Below are positions 51,440 through 64,000 of a stretch of 64,000 nucleotides of DNA, one piece after another. The DNA lies in assembly GCA_951406725.2 (NCBI GenBank), contig OX597814.1, positions 154,628,001 through 154,692,000 on the forward strand. Direction: 5' to 3'. The DNA comes from Octopus vulgaris (Eukaryota). The notes under the pieces were generated by a model that worked only from the letters and a program-made list of their open reading frames with translations, did not search any database and was not told where the DNA came from. Both the position numbers and the translations under genes were made by a program. The number at the start of each line of letters is the position of its first letter. The stretch's first letter is position 1.

Positions 51440-51824
51440 AATCTTTTACTGAATTCAGTCATTGATTTGCAGCCGTACTGGGGCACAACTTTAAAGAGTT
51501 TAGTCAAAGAAATCGACCCCTGTACTTATTTTAAAGTTTGATACTTATTCTATCATTTTCTTTTACTGAACCGCTATGTTACGGGGGTTAACATAACAAA
51601 CCATCACCAGTTGTCAAGCGGTGGTGTGGGACAACCATACAGAAGGATACACACTTGAAGGTGTGGGTGTATAGTTAAAAGTTTGCTTCTCAACCGAATG
51701 ACTCCAAGTTCAGTTCTATTGCGTGGCATCTTGAACTAGTGTCTTCTATCACAGCTTCGAGCAGACCAAGGTCTTGTGAGTGCATTTGGTGGACAGAAAC
51801 TGAAGGAAGCCTGTCGTGTATTTA

Positions 51825-51861
<37 letters not shown>

Positions 51862-52075
51862 CCCTGTATATATCTGGGTGGGTGCTTTTGTGTCTGTGTT
51901 TATCTCCCACCACCGCTTTATAATAGGCGCTGGTGTGTTTAAATCCCCGTAACTTAGAATTTTGGAGAAAGAAACCGATGGAATAATTACAATGTTTAAA
52001 AAAAGTTCGACTAAAAATCCTTCAAAGGCGGTGCCCCAGCATGGTCGCAGTCTAATGACTGAAACAAGTAAAAGA
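51440..52075. mobile_element. Two diverged SINE family A copies in opposite orientation (51440-51640 minus, 51660-52075 plus)
   Basis: Family A tail and body motifs on each strand. Confidence 0.7.
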
Positions 52076-52175
52076 CAAACACATACCTACCTACATACAT
52101 ACACACGCACGCACACATACAAACACACAGACACATACGCACGCACATATGTACGTATATATATATATATATATA

Positions 52176-52549
52176 TCTCTATATATAAACGGCAGTTTGT
52201 CTGTGCGTGTTTCTGTGTGTCTGTTTGCTTGTACCCTCACCCTGACCACGGCTTTCAACCGATTCTGCTGAAACTTGACACACACATAGCCCAATGTCAT
52301 AATTCAAAACTAACGCAGCGAAAATTTTGAAAAGTTCCCCCAGTTTTGAAAAAAATCGATAAATTCGACATGGGGTCCAGAATCAGAAACACAAAATGTC
52401 TAGGGGACGCAACTCCACCTTTTTTAACTAAAAAAAAAAATTTACCATCATTTTTTCCCATTTTTTGCTACTTTTTGGCTATAACTCTCTAAAAATGCTT
52501 TATAGTTATTTCCCTTACAAACCTGAGCAACGCCGGGCGATACTGCTAG
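52176..52549 (+). mobile_element. Non-autonomous Helitron (family H2b)
   Basis: A|TCTCTATATATAAA ... CCTGAGCAACGCCGGG hairpin ... CTAG|T, inserted in (TA)n. Confidence 0.88.
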
Positions 52550-53029
52550 TATATATATATATATATTAAAATAAGGTATATATATTCACATACATATACA
52601 CACACACTCACACACGCAATGGTCGTCCACATAGTTTTTATATACCAAAAGCACTCACCACACTGATCGAACTGGGCTATCGTAGAAAAGCCCTTCATTT
52701 TCAGACTGTATGATGTAATTTGAATGAAATTTGGCTGCTATTTCTACCAGGTTCGACATATACGTATATAATTGGTTTAATGAACGCCACTACATTACAA
52801 GTAAATATTTAAACCTGTCCTGTACCAAGTTCATGTAAAACGATTTCTACACCTGTTTGCAATGATGGATTGCTGGTTGAATGATTAATTATTTGAAATC
52901 AATGCTGTTTCCATGTCCAAAACAGAACACCGTAAACAGACCAATTAGTGGCATTCATTTTTAACTTCCTATGCATCTGTTACAGAATACTGGATTTTTT
53001 GAAGCTGATTTACTGCGCATTCACACAAG

Positions 53030-53475
53030 CCTTTCTACTATAGGCACAATGCCTGAAATTTGGGGGACAGCGTGTTAGTCGATTCCAACGCTTAATTGGT
53101 TTTATTTCATCGATCCCAGTTCTTAACTGGTTTTATTTCTTCGACCCGAAGGATGAAAAGCAAAGTCCACCTCGGCAGTCGACCCGGAGGAAATACTGTC
53201 AAGTATTTTGCTCGGCACTGTAATGATACTCCCAGCTTGCTGCCCTCAGCATTCACACAATGGTTTGTAATTGAGATACGAAACCAGAGATCTTGAATGG
53301 AAAACTAGCTGAAATCATTGACTCCTGTATTTGATTGGTACTTTATTTTGACAACTCCGAACTGATTAAAAGTGAGGTTCGCCTCGGCGTGATTTGAACT
53401 CAGGATTTAAAGAAACTGAATAACTACCGCAAGGTACTTTTTTCCGATATTTTAACGATTTTGCCAGCTCGCCAC
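53030..53475 (-). mobile_element. Two degenerate SINE family B-related copies
   Basis: CGACCCGAAGGATGAAAAGCAAAGTCCACCTCGGC and CCTCGGCGTGATTTGAACTCAG...TGCCAGCTCGCC. Confidence 0.7.
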
Positions 53476-53644
53476 TCACAACACTGGTATACTACAAACG
53501 CAAATTTCAAATGCTCCTATGATCAATTCGATAATAAGAACCACACTGATTTAAAAAATGGTTACATACTGACATCTCTTTTGTAGTGTTAGAAAGAAAA
53601 AAAAGAAAAGAAGAAAAGCAAAAAACTGAAATGTATATACTATA

Positions 53645-53880
53645 CATGATAGATCGTTAGCCATGATAGTTTGTTAGCCATGATCGATCGTTAGCCACTA
53701 CACACATTTTCTCTCTCTCCTTGTTTCTCTCCTTGTTTTCTTCTGTGTCCCTTTTTGTGGAAGAGCGTAGGCTCGAAACGTAAAAGACTTTTTCTATTCC
53801 TGAGCGTTATACTAATACATCTGTTTGTTTTGTACACCACCTGTCTTCGTCTTTTGTTTTTTTCGTAAACTCTTCCTATA
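53645..53880 (+). mobile_element. Short element family R2 with degenerate hammerhead and 17-bp x3 repeat at the 5' end
   Basis: CATGATAGATCGTTAGC-like x3 at 53645-53695; CTTT-TTGTGGA-A-GAGC-gtag-GCTC-GAAA-CG-TA-AAAG at 53751-53786; CCTGAGCGT downstream as in R1. Confidence 0.65.
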
Positions 53881-54309
53881 TATTATACTTGTTACGTAGC
53901 GATGAATCTTTGTTTTGACACCATTTAGAAACATCGAATAAAAATATGATGATGATAATGATGATGATGATGATGATGATGATGATAAACGAAAAAACAT
54001 CTTTTTGTGTTCCTCGTTTTTCAGGTGGTGGACGGCCTGATAGGCAGACAAGTAAAGGCTAAGCTCTCGATCTGGGCTATGATAAAGAGAAAGTCACTGT
54101 TTAGATAACCATGTATGCATCACACCCAGCCCAAGGATTCGAACACGTGCCAACATCCATCAGTTAACTGGCTCCGCTATGTCGACTGATAATATTTCTT
54201 TATTTATTTTTGTTCTCTTATTCCTTCAATCGGAATTCAACAGCCACTCCCATCCTTTTTATTCTCTTTTACAATTTTTTCGCTCCTTTCTTTCTTTCTT
54301 TCTTTCTTC

Positions 54310-54359
<50 letters not shown>

Positions 54360-54526
54360 CTCTCTCTCTCTCTCCTCCTCCTCTCTCCCTCTTTCTCTTC
54401 CTCACCCTACTAAACCGCTATCATTAGGGCTATCTAGTTCAGTAGAGGGGGCAACATTACGGGCAAACAATATCTAGAGAACGCCATCTAGATTCCAGTA
54501 CGTGAAAAGGCAACTGCCAACATTTC

Positions 54527-54945
54527 ACCACCACCACCACCACCACCACCCCCACCACCCCCACCACCGCCGCCGCCGCCGCCACCACCACCACCACCAC
54601 CACCACCACCACCACCACCATCGCCGCCAAGAATATCACTAGCATCTCCACCGCCACTGTCACCGCCATCACCAAGAACATCATCGCTGTTACCACCACC
54701 ACCACCACCACTGCCACCGTCGCCGCCGCCATCACTATCGCCACCACCCTCACTACCACTGCAGTCACCCTACCACCACCATTGCTAGCATCACTATCAT
54801 AATCAACACTACTATCGACATAATCAGCTAGTGCTATCAACACTATCATCTCCACCACCAGCAGCACCGCCACCACCACTATTACAACCCACCACCACCG
54901 CCACAAACATCATCAGCACCACCACCTCCACCATTAACTGTACCA
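54527..54945. repeat. Imperfect (CAC/CGC/CAT)n trinucleotide tract
   Basis: Direct reading. Confidence 0.9.
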
Positions 54946-55398
54946 TCACGGAGTATTGTCTAACAAGTGAGGCGTGAATTCCCGGCATGACATGAATTTG
55001 ATGGAACATACTTTGGATAAATGTTTCTGCTGATAGCAATTACCAGACACAGCTAATCCGATGTCACAGTGCCAAAGTAGATTAAGATGGATTATCATTC
55101 GTTTTTTTTTTCCTCCCGTCTGTCGTCATCGTCATCGTTGCCATTGTTGTAGCTGTCTCTACCTTCTTCTTCTTCTTCTTCTTCTTCTTCTTCTTCTTCT
55201 TCTTCTTCTTCTTCTTCTTCTTCTTCTTCTTCTTCTTCTTCTTCTTGTGTTTTGCCCTGGCACCGAAAGACAAAGACCTAACCAAACCCCAATATATTGC
55301 TGATTAAATACAAGACAAGGATGACATAACATGGCGGCTGCAGCACCACATCAACATTAGAATTAATAAAAGTAAACTTATAATCGAATATGACGACA

Positions 55399-56038
<640 letters not shown>

Positions 56039-56187
56039 AATAACAATAATAATAATAATAAAAAAACTTTTATTTATCAGACGGTATATATATACAAATA
56101 CCATACACATTTTTGTAGCACAGAAACACACACACACACACTTACGCATGTTCATATACGCATTCATATTCTCTCTCTCTCTCTCTA

Positions 56188-56382
56188 CAGCAATCCCTCG
56201 ACTATCGCGGGTGTTACGTTCCAAAACGTGAAGTAGAAATAGTACTGTATCGTATATATATATATATTTTATTATTTTTATAATTTGTATATAATAAATG
56301 CAGAACAATACCACAAAGGAATCGACGTAAGCTTAAATAATAAACCGCGATAGGTGAACCGCGGTATGGCGAGGGATTACTG
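56188..56382. mobile_element. Tigger/pogo-like MITE
   Basis: TA|CAGCAATCCCTCGACTATCGCGG ... CCGCGGTATGGCGAGGGATTACTG|CA inverted termini. Confidence 0.75.
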
Positions 56383-56979
56383 CATTCCACTCTTTGTTTC
56401 ACTTTCTCTCCTTTCCTTTCTCCCGTTTGCATTTCTCTGCGTGCGCACATGAAGGGCGTTCGCTTGTTCGTACTTGTGTGCGCATCTGTGTTTGTGTGTT
56501 TTTGTGTGAAATAAAACAAACATTTATAACGATAACTTGCATATTTATTTTCAATACATCCTGGTAAATTCGAACTCAAATATGCTAATCGCTGTTGTGT
56601 AAGTCATAATACGACAACTTCTCGTTCTTACACAAATGTTTTCATAACTTGCTCGGCTCACTGGTGTAAGGGATTTCGGGTCGCTGGTGTTTCGGCATGT
56701 TGCAGACCTTTATAGATTCGCTCAACCGACTAAAATTAGACGTAGATCTTCTCTATATTACAAGCTCTAACGTATTTTGGATAATGAAGTTGTAGATAAA
56801 CTATATCAGAATAAAATTCATGATAGTCACGGCTGGTATGACATTGATCATAGATGTTCTTGATCAGGGCTGACCTGGGTTTAAACAACAACGACGACAC
56901 CCAAAACAACGATAATATAGCTTTGCATGGTACGTGGAGAGAGAAAAGAAAAGGGGAACAGTAAGATAGAAGGTGGGAT

Positions 56980-57011
<32 letters not shown>

Positions 57012-57386
57012 AGGGGGTGAAGGAAGAGAGTGGAAGGGAGAGAGAGAAGACAGTGCATTCTGACATTTGAAATGATAATTTGGAGGGGAGACTAACGGAT
57101 TGAAACCCTTTGCTTGATCTTTCTTTTGATAAGACCTTTGTTCCCTAAAGATTATACGCTATTTGAAGGAGTGTTGCTCGATGAACAACACCGCGATGCC
57201 GCCAGGATATACAATAAAAAAAGAGTCGTTCGAACTTGTTCCACATGTCATGCATGCTGCATTATCATAATTGTGATTGCTCACTGACTCTGTATGCGTG
57301 TGTGTGTGAAAATAACTAATGTGTGTGCATATGTATTTATATACGTTATACTATATAGATGTATGCATATATATATATATTCATAC

Positions 57387-57444
<58 letters not shown>

Positions 57445-57920
57445 GTATGTATATATGAATATGTGTTTGTGTGTGTGCGTGTGTGTTTATGTATGAGTGT
57501 GTTATATAAATCCGTATTGGTCAACGAGGTTTACACACTCTTTGATGTACTCTCACAGGTATTAAGCATCAGAGGCAGCAAAACCACACCCTCAGCTCCC
57601 ACCACTATATCCTCGATCATTACCAACACCACCAGTATAACAACAGCAACAGCAACAACAACAACAACAACAAGCACAACAGTAGCTGCAGCAAAATACC
57701 AAAGAAACTAGAAATACAGAAACCAGCAAAAAAAAAAAAAAATAAAAAAATTCACCGCTTGGAATAGGAAAGGATGTAATCAAGCGAGATATGGTATGGC
57801 TCCTATCAAAGCCGATGGTTTTCTTTGAGGATGTTCTGATGAAAGTAATGCATGCATAGTTAGTTCGGCTGCAGCAGTTGTAGAGTACTGTCTTCAAGAA
57901 AATATTGCCCATTATAGAAA

Positions 57921-57994
57921 TTGACGATGATATTTGTGGCAATACTGTTTTCTATTATTGACGATGATATTTGTGGCAATACTGTTTTCTATTA
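57921..57994. repeat. Exact 37-bp tandem duplication
   Basis: TTGACGATGATATTTGTGGCAATACTGTTTTCTATTA x2. Confidence 0.95.
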
Positions 57995-58277
57995 CATTTG
58001 CACAGATCATGCCACATCGTGTTTGTGTTACATTCTCTGAATTTGCATTAATTATAGAATATTCATTGAAGAATTTTAGTGGAGTTCCTCAGAATATTTG
58101 TATCCAATTCTACAGATGTATATATGATATATGTATGTGTGTACGTACGTACGTATGCATGTATGTATGTATGTATGTATGTATGTATGTATGTATGTAT
58201 GTATGTATGTATGTATGTATGTATGCATCTATGTATGTATGTATGTATGTATGTGTGTTTGTATGTATGTATGTATG

Positions 58278-58760
58278 TCATTGTTCAGTTTTATATCAAG
58301 ATTTCTTGCCAATAGAGAAAAAGCCGGTTTCTAAACTTGATCCAAGGCTCCTTCATTTGAATTTCAACATCAGCAACAGGGTATTTTTGTATGCATCCAT
58401 GCATGTATGTAGGCATGTATGTATGTATATATGCATGTATGCATGCATGTATGTATGTATGTATGTATGTATGTATGTATGTATGTATGTATGTATGTAT
58501 GTATGTATGTATGTATGTATGAATGTATGTATATATATATATGTGCAGATCTGTATGCTTTGCTTCATGTATGGATTCTTATGCATGTAGTTGCATATCT
58601 AGACATGCTCATATATATTTAAAAGCTAAGCTTCTGGGAAGTTTTATAGATTTTTACAGTTCCAGTGGTGGATTGGAGCTGTAGTCTTCGAATTAGCTTT
58701 CTCTTTTCTGGTTTTGAGAATCCTTATTTCTCAAGATTGGTATTTAGGCAGTGTGTTACA
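58278..58760 (-). mobile_element. Second copy of the RLE-type LINE 3' end, in (TATG)n
   Basis: Reverse complement aligns to ~11980-12330; (TATG)n on both flanks and expanded internally. Confidence 0.8.
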
Positions 58761-59650
58761 TGTATGTATGTATGTATGTATGTATGTATGTATGTATGTA
58801 TGTATGTATGTATGTATGTATGTATGTATGTATGTATGTATGTATGTATGTATGTATGTGTGTATGTGTGTATGTGTGCATCTACATGCAAATCTATATA
58901 TCTATATATTTTATTCGCTACTGGTCTCAGTCAGAAGCTGAGGTCATACTGCAGTACTGCCTTTAAATATATATACCTCCTTTCCGGAAGTAACAGGAGG
59001 TCTATAAATGAAGATATTTCCTCCGTATATATTTTTTTATGTATGAAACGTTTTATAAAGAGCATGTTTTCTACTGTCTGATACTCTTTTAAAGCGAACT
59101 AAAGTAAAATTGATTAGAGAAAAAAATTCTGTGAAAGTGAAATTCGGATTCGGCGCAATGTAACTAATGTACATAATTCCTCATATCTTAAATATAGAAC
59201 TGTGTAAAAAGAATTCATTTAATGATATGTTATGCTATAAAGCAGCAGTACTGCATGCCAACACAATCCACAACCTCTAGAGGAAACGGTGGTCTTGAAG
59301 CATTGATGATACATTTGAGAAATTTACTATTCCAAATAAAATATAAAGATCTCATACGAAAAATATGAGTAAACCGTAATAAGGAAACGAAACACAAACA
59401 TTACTTTAATATAACTGTAGACACACACGCACGCACCCCCTACACACACACATACACAAACACACAAATAAATATACACACACATTTGGGAACGTGAATA
59501 TCGAGTAATAACTCACACTCAACTTGTGTGATTGTGTGTGCATACCCGTACGAGTGTGTGCGTGTTTTTGTGTGCGAATCATGCATGAGCATATAAAAAC
59601 AAACACATACACACGCACACAGATACAAACACGCACGTATACTTACACAA

Positions 59651-59696
<46 letters not shown>

Positions 59697-59732
59697 GCAC
59701 AGACTCGCAAATATATATATATAGATAGATTG

Positions 59733-60265
59733 ATATATAAATAAGAGGAATAGCCACCAAGGTAGATTCCTAGTACGCTAGAAGAAGACACCAAAATCGC
59801 CTTACCACGAAGAATATGTTCTCAAACCTTTTAGCAAACGCCTGAGTGTATGCGGGCAAGACAAATGAAAAGAGACAAAATAAGGCAATTAACTTCATAC
59901 CACATGATTTTGCTATTAATGATTACTAACGTAATCATCTTAGCTCATCAGTGAAGTCGTTGCGAGACATAATCAACGGAACTTGATACAATACGTCTCC
60001 ACGACAGAGAACATGCATATAAAGTTCCGCCTTTATATGCACGTTCTCTATCGTAAAGAGGCTTTATATACATGTTCTCTGTGGTAGAGACATTTTGTAT
60101 CTAGTTCCGTTGATTGCTTTATTCCGTCTCTTTTCATTTGACTTGCTCGCATACATTCTAGCGTTCGCAAAAATTTTTGAGAAACATATTCTTCGTGGCA
60201 AGGCAATTTGGCGTCTTCTAGTATATAGGAATCCCCCTTGGTGGCTATTGGTCTTATTTATATAT
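59733..60265. repeat. Degenerate long fold-back with inner secondary hairpin
   Basis: AATAGCCACCAAGG / CCTTGGTGGCTATT, CCACGAAGAATATGTT / AACATATTCTTCGTGG and AATCAACGGAACT / AGTTCCGTTGATT are nested. Confidence 0.88.
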
Positions 60266-60274
60266 GTAATATAA

Positions 60275-60825
<551 letters not shown>

Positions 60826-61144
60826 CTAATTCATAGTCCGCGGACATTTTTTAAGTATGCTAGCCACTGGTTTAAATTAATATCATTTAATAATATTAAT
60901 TTCTATCCACATAATTTAATTTTTATATAGATTGATATATATACACACACACACACACATATTAGTAAAAAGTAAGGGTTATCCCAAAGCGACTATCAGT
61001 CTGCACTCAGGTATTCAAAATATGTTATTCAACAGTTAACATATAAAGCCAATAAAGTTCTTATAAGAATTATGTATGTATGCATGTATGTGTGTCTGTA
61101 TGTATGTATGTATGTATGTACATATATGCGTGTGTCTGTATGTA

Positions 61145-62012
61145 TGAGGACTGGTCAATAAGCATCCGGACTGTTGCCATAGTGACAAGGCTAAAGCACG
61201 CAGAGAAAAGCGTGAACTCTGTTGTGTATGCGCACAAAGTTTTAACGTTCTAGCTCACTTTTAACTGTGTATAGCACTGCTTGGAAGGAACGTGTGTAGT
61301 GTGTGATCGTCGCATTGACCATAACAGAGAAATTTGTTATTGTGATACCTGCTCAGAGGCCTACGCAAAGTTACAGAAAGTGTATAGAGAGAAGTGTATG
61401 AGCCGTACACATATCTACGAGTAGTTCAGACGGTTCCACGATGGCCGAGAAAAATGTCGGTACTGACGAACGTTCTGGGAGACCCGTAACCAGAAGAACT
61501 GCGAAAAGCATCGCAGATGTACGTGCAGCTGTAAGGGGAAATCATCGGATCACCATCTGTGAGTTATCAGAGGATGTGCAGATTAGTTATGGTTCAGTTC
61601 AGTCCATTATCGCTGAAGATTTGGGTATGAGACGCGTGTCTGCCAAGTTTGTGCCAAAACTGCTTTCAGCTGACCAAAAAGACACTCGGGTTGCACAAGA
61701 TCTCCTTGATTGTGTCGAGAACGATGAAAATTTTTTTGAAAACTTTGCGTAGGCCTCTGAGCAGGTATGGCCAAGCTTTTGGCAAAATTTGCTGCAGATT
61801 CTCTGATCAACTTTCTCTGTCATAGTCAATGATCACACGCTACACACCTTCCTTCCAAGCACTGCTATAAACAGCAAAAGTGAGCTAGAAAGTGTAATCG
61901 TAGTGCGCATGCGCAGCAGAGTTCAAGGTCAACCTGTGCCAAGCGACTTCACTAAGCGTGCTTTAGCTTTGTTACTATGGCAACAGTTCGGATACTTATT
62001 GATCAGACCACA
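61145..62012 (+). mobile_element. Mariner derivative made of two inverted 5' ends (long-TIR MITE)
   Basis: TA flanks; 61145-61372 is mirrored by 61741-62012; central HTH region RRF..GR..DERSGRP...RRVSAKFVPKLL; no catalytic domain. Confidence 0.9.
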
Positions 62013-62014
62013 TA

Positions 62015-62739
62015 TATAATCAAATGAATAATAACATACAATGGATAATTGCCAGCTCATTACAGATGTTTCTTAGGTAACTTTTTAATGGAAGAATGAG
62101 AACATTACATCATTATAAAAGATCGCAATCATCAGATGAAAAGTAATTTTACAAAACAAAAGAACATCTCACTTATACCAGCAGGGATGTGTCTGTCGAG
62201 GCCAACTATGAAATGGGAGAATGACCAACTATGTTGGCCGTTTAGGTTAAGAATATAATTCTTGAGAGTGTGTAATTTTATCTTATTTTTATTTTTCCCT
62301 CACCCTTACCCTTGATTTATTTATCTTCTCTTTTTCCCTTATTCTTAATTGACACATTACTTATCCTTACTTACCACAACTCATAGCCTACTATAATACA
62401 TTATTTCCTACACCCAACTCCAGTCTACTCATGATCTAATCTAGCAAACTCCTTCTCATCCGAGTCACTGACCTTAGATATCAATTTACGCACTCTCAAG
62501 AACTACATTATTAACCGAAACGGCCAACATAGTTGGTCATTCTCCAATTTCATCGACACATCCCTCGACAGACACATCCCTACTGTATTATTGGATATTC
62601 TTTTGTTTTGTAAAATTACTTCCCATTTTATGATTATGGTGTTTTATAATGATGCTCCCATTCTTCTATTAAAAAGCTACGTAAGAAACAGTTGTAATGA
62701 GCTGACAATTATCCATCGTATGTTATACATTTGATTATA
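62015..62739. repeat. Degenerate fold-back (~260-bp arms, ~200-bp spacer)
   Basis: GGAGAATGACCAACTATGTTGGCCGTTT / AAACGGCCAACATAGTTGGTCATTCTCC and AGTAATTTTACAAAACAAAAGAA / TTCTTTTGTTTTGTAAAATTACT. Confidence 0.9.
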
Positions 62740-63133
62740 ATGACCCAATTGAGATTACGATTTACCGGACACCCTAGAATATACCAAAAACGTATTACTC
62801 AAAGTAACGCGTAATTTGGACAAGCTCCTCGGCGATAAGTACTCATAGGGTTGGTTTTACTCTGTGTACACAACCGAAATATCTTATTTGATATTTGGAC
62901 TCTCACCAACCATAGGCTGGAATCACAGACATTACCCAACCCAACCTGATGCATACCTTTTCAAGTACATGGTTCAATCGGAATTCTCATCTTACTTCTT
63001 ATATATATATGTGTGTATACATATATATATATATACGTACATACATGCATGCATACAAACACCTATAAATGTATACATATATACATATATACATATACAT
63101 ATGCATACACACATACGCGCGCGCACACACGCA

Positions 63134-63204
<71 letters not shown>

Positions 63205-63219
63205 GACCTCGTGTGTACC

Positions 63220-63394
63220 GTTGGCGATTTTTTTCCCTGTGTCTTCCCTTCTCTGGATCTTTCCTTCTCCTATGTTTCCAACGAAGAGCTCGCTCGAAAC
63301 GTTAACCCTCCTTCTTTCCTGAGCGATCAATAATACTATATTTGCTCCACGTCCTCGCGTTGTTGTGTCTTTTTGTGCTTTCTTGTTTGGATTA

Positions 63395-63397
<3 letters not shown>
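63220..63397 (+). mobile_element. Family R1 short element with mutated hammerhead
   Basis: GTTGGCGATTTTTT start; GTTT-CCAACGA-A-GAGC-tc-GCTC-GAAA-CG-TT-AAC at 63274-63307; ends in (TA)n. Confidence 0.72.
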
Positions 63398-63437
<40 letters not shown>

Positions 63438-63464
63438 GTACAAGACACACACATGCTTATTCAA

Positions 63465-63608
63465 GCGTATACACACATACACACATACATACATACATAC
63501 ACACATACATACACACATACATACATACAGACATACACACATACATACATACATACATACATACATACATACATACATACATACATACATACATACATAC
63601 ATACATAC

Positions 63609-63639
<31 letters not shown>

Positions 63640-63690
63640 CTTACATACATACTTACATACATACATGCATTCATTCATTCATTCATTCAT
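63465..63690. repeat. (CATA)n microsatellite tract
   Basis: Direct reading; representative of dozens of di-, tri- and tetranucleotide tracts not listed individually. Confidence 0.97.
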
Positions 63691-64000
63691 GCACACACAC
63701 ACACAAAAATATACTACGAATATATATCTATATAAACATATATAGACATACACGTATATAAACAAACATGTATGTGTTATTTTATTATTGCATATTACCC
63801 CCCCCCCCCCACAAAAACAAACAAACGAAAAACAAGAAATGAGTAAAAGATATAATTTAAGTTAAAAAAAAGTACTTAATGTATTAGTAAATACGCAGTT
63901 AATGTACATGTGCAAAAATAAACGAAGAAAATAAGGAACAACGACTCCTTGAAAACGAATTACATTCCTTTGTCTACAGATTTTGACAGTCTGCGTGTAT

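Noticed and set aside
54010-54060. Possible micro-exon after TTTTTCAG
   Set aside because: Weak donor and no protein similarity; cannot be supported from sequence alone.

Overview
AT-rich, microsatellite-dense eukaryotic non-coding DNA (intergenic or intronic). The (TA)n/(CA)n/(TATG)n/(TATC)n/(AAT)n load and the tRNA-derived SINE families suggest an octopod cephalopod; this is recognition, not a database result. I find no intact host gene, and almost all ORFs in the track are translated microsatellites. The recognisable content is mobile DNA: three SINE types, Tc1/mariner, hAT and Tigger-like relics and MITEs, four non-autonomous Helitron-like elements, CR1-like and RLE (R4/Dong-like) LINE 3' fragments, and Penelope-like element (PLE) relics (RT and GIY-YIG). 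The most interesting signal is a set of at least 7 well-formed and several degenerate type-I hammerhead ribozyme motifs from different sequence families. Two sit in PLE 3' ends and the rest in short non-coding, retrozyme-like units. About 10 fold-back hairpins occur alongside them, several carrying hammerhead halves and one flanked by a 14-bp TSD. Two retroelement families also appear to insert specifically in (CATA)n and (AAT)n microsatellites. Coordinates were read by eye and may be off by a few bases; boundaries of degenerate elements are approximate.
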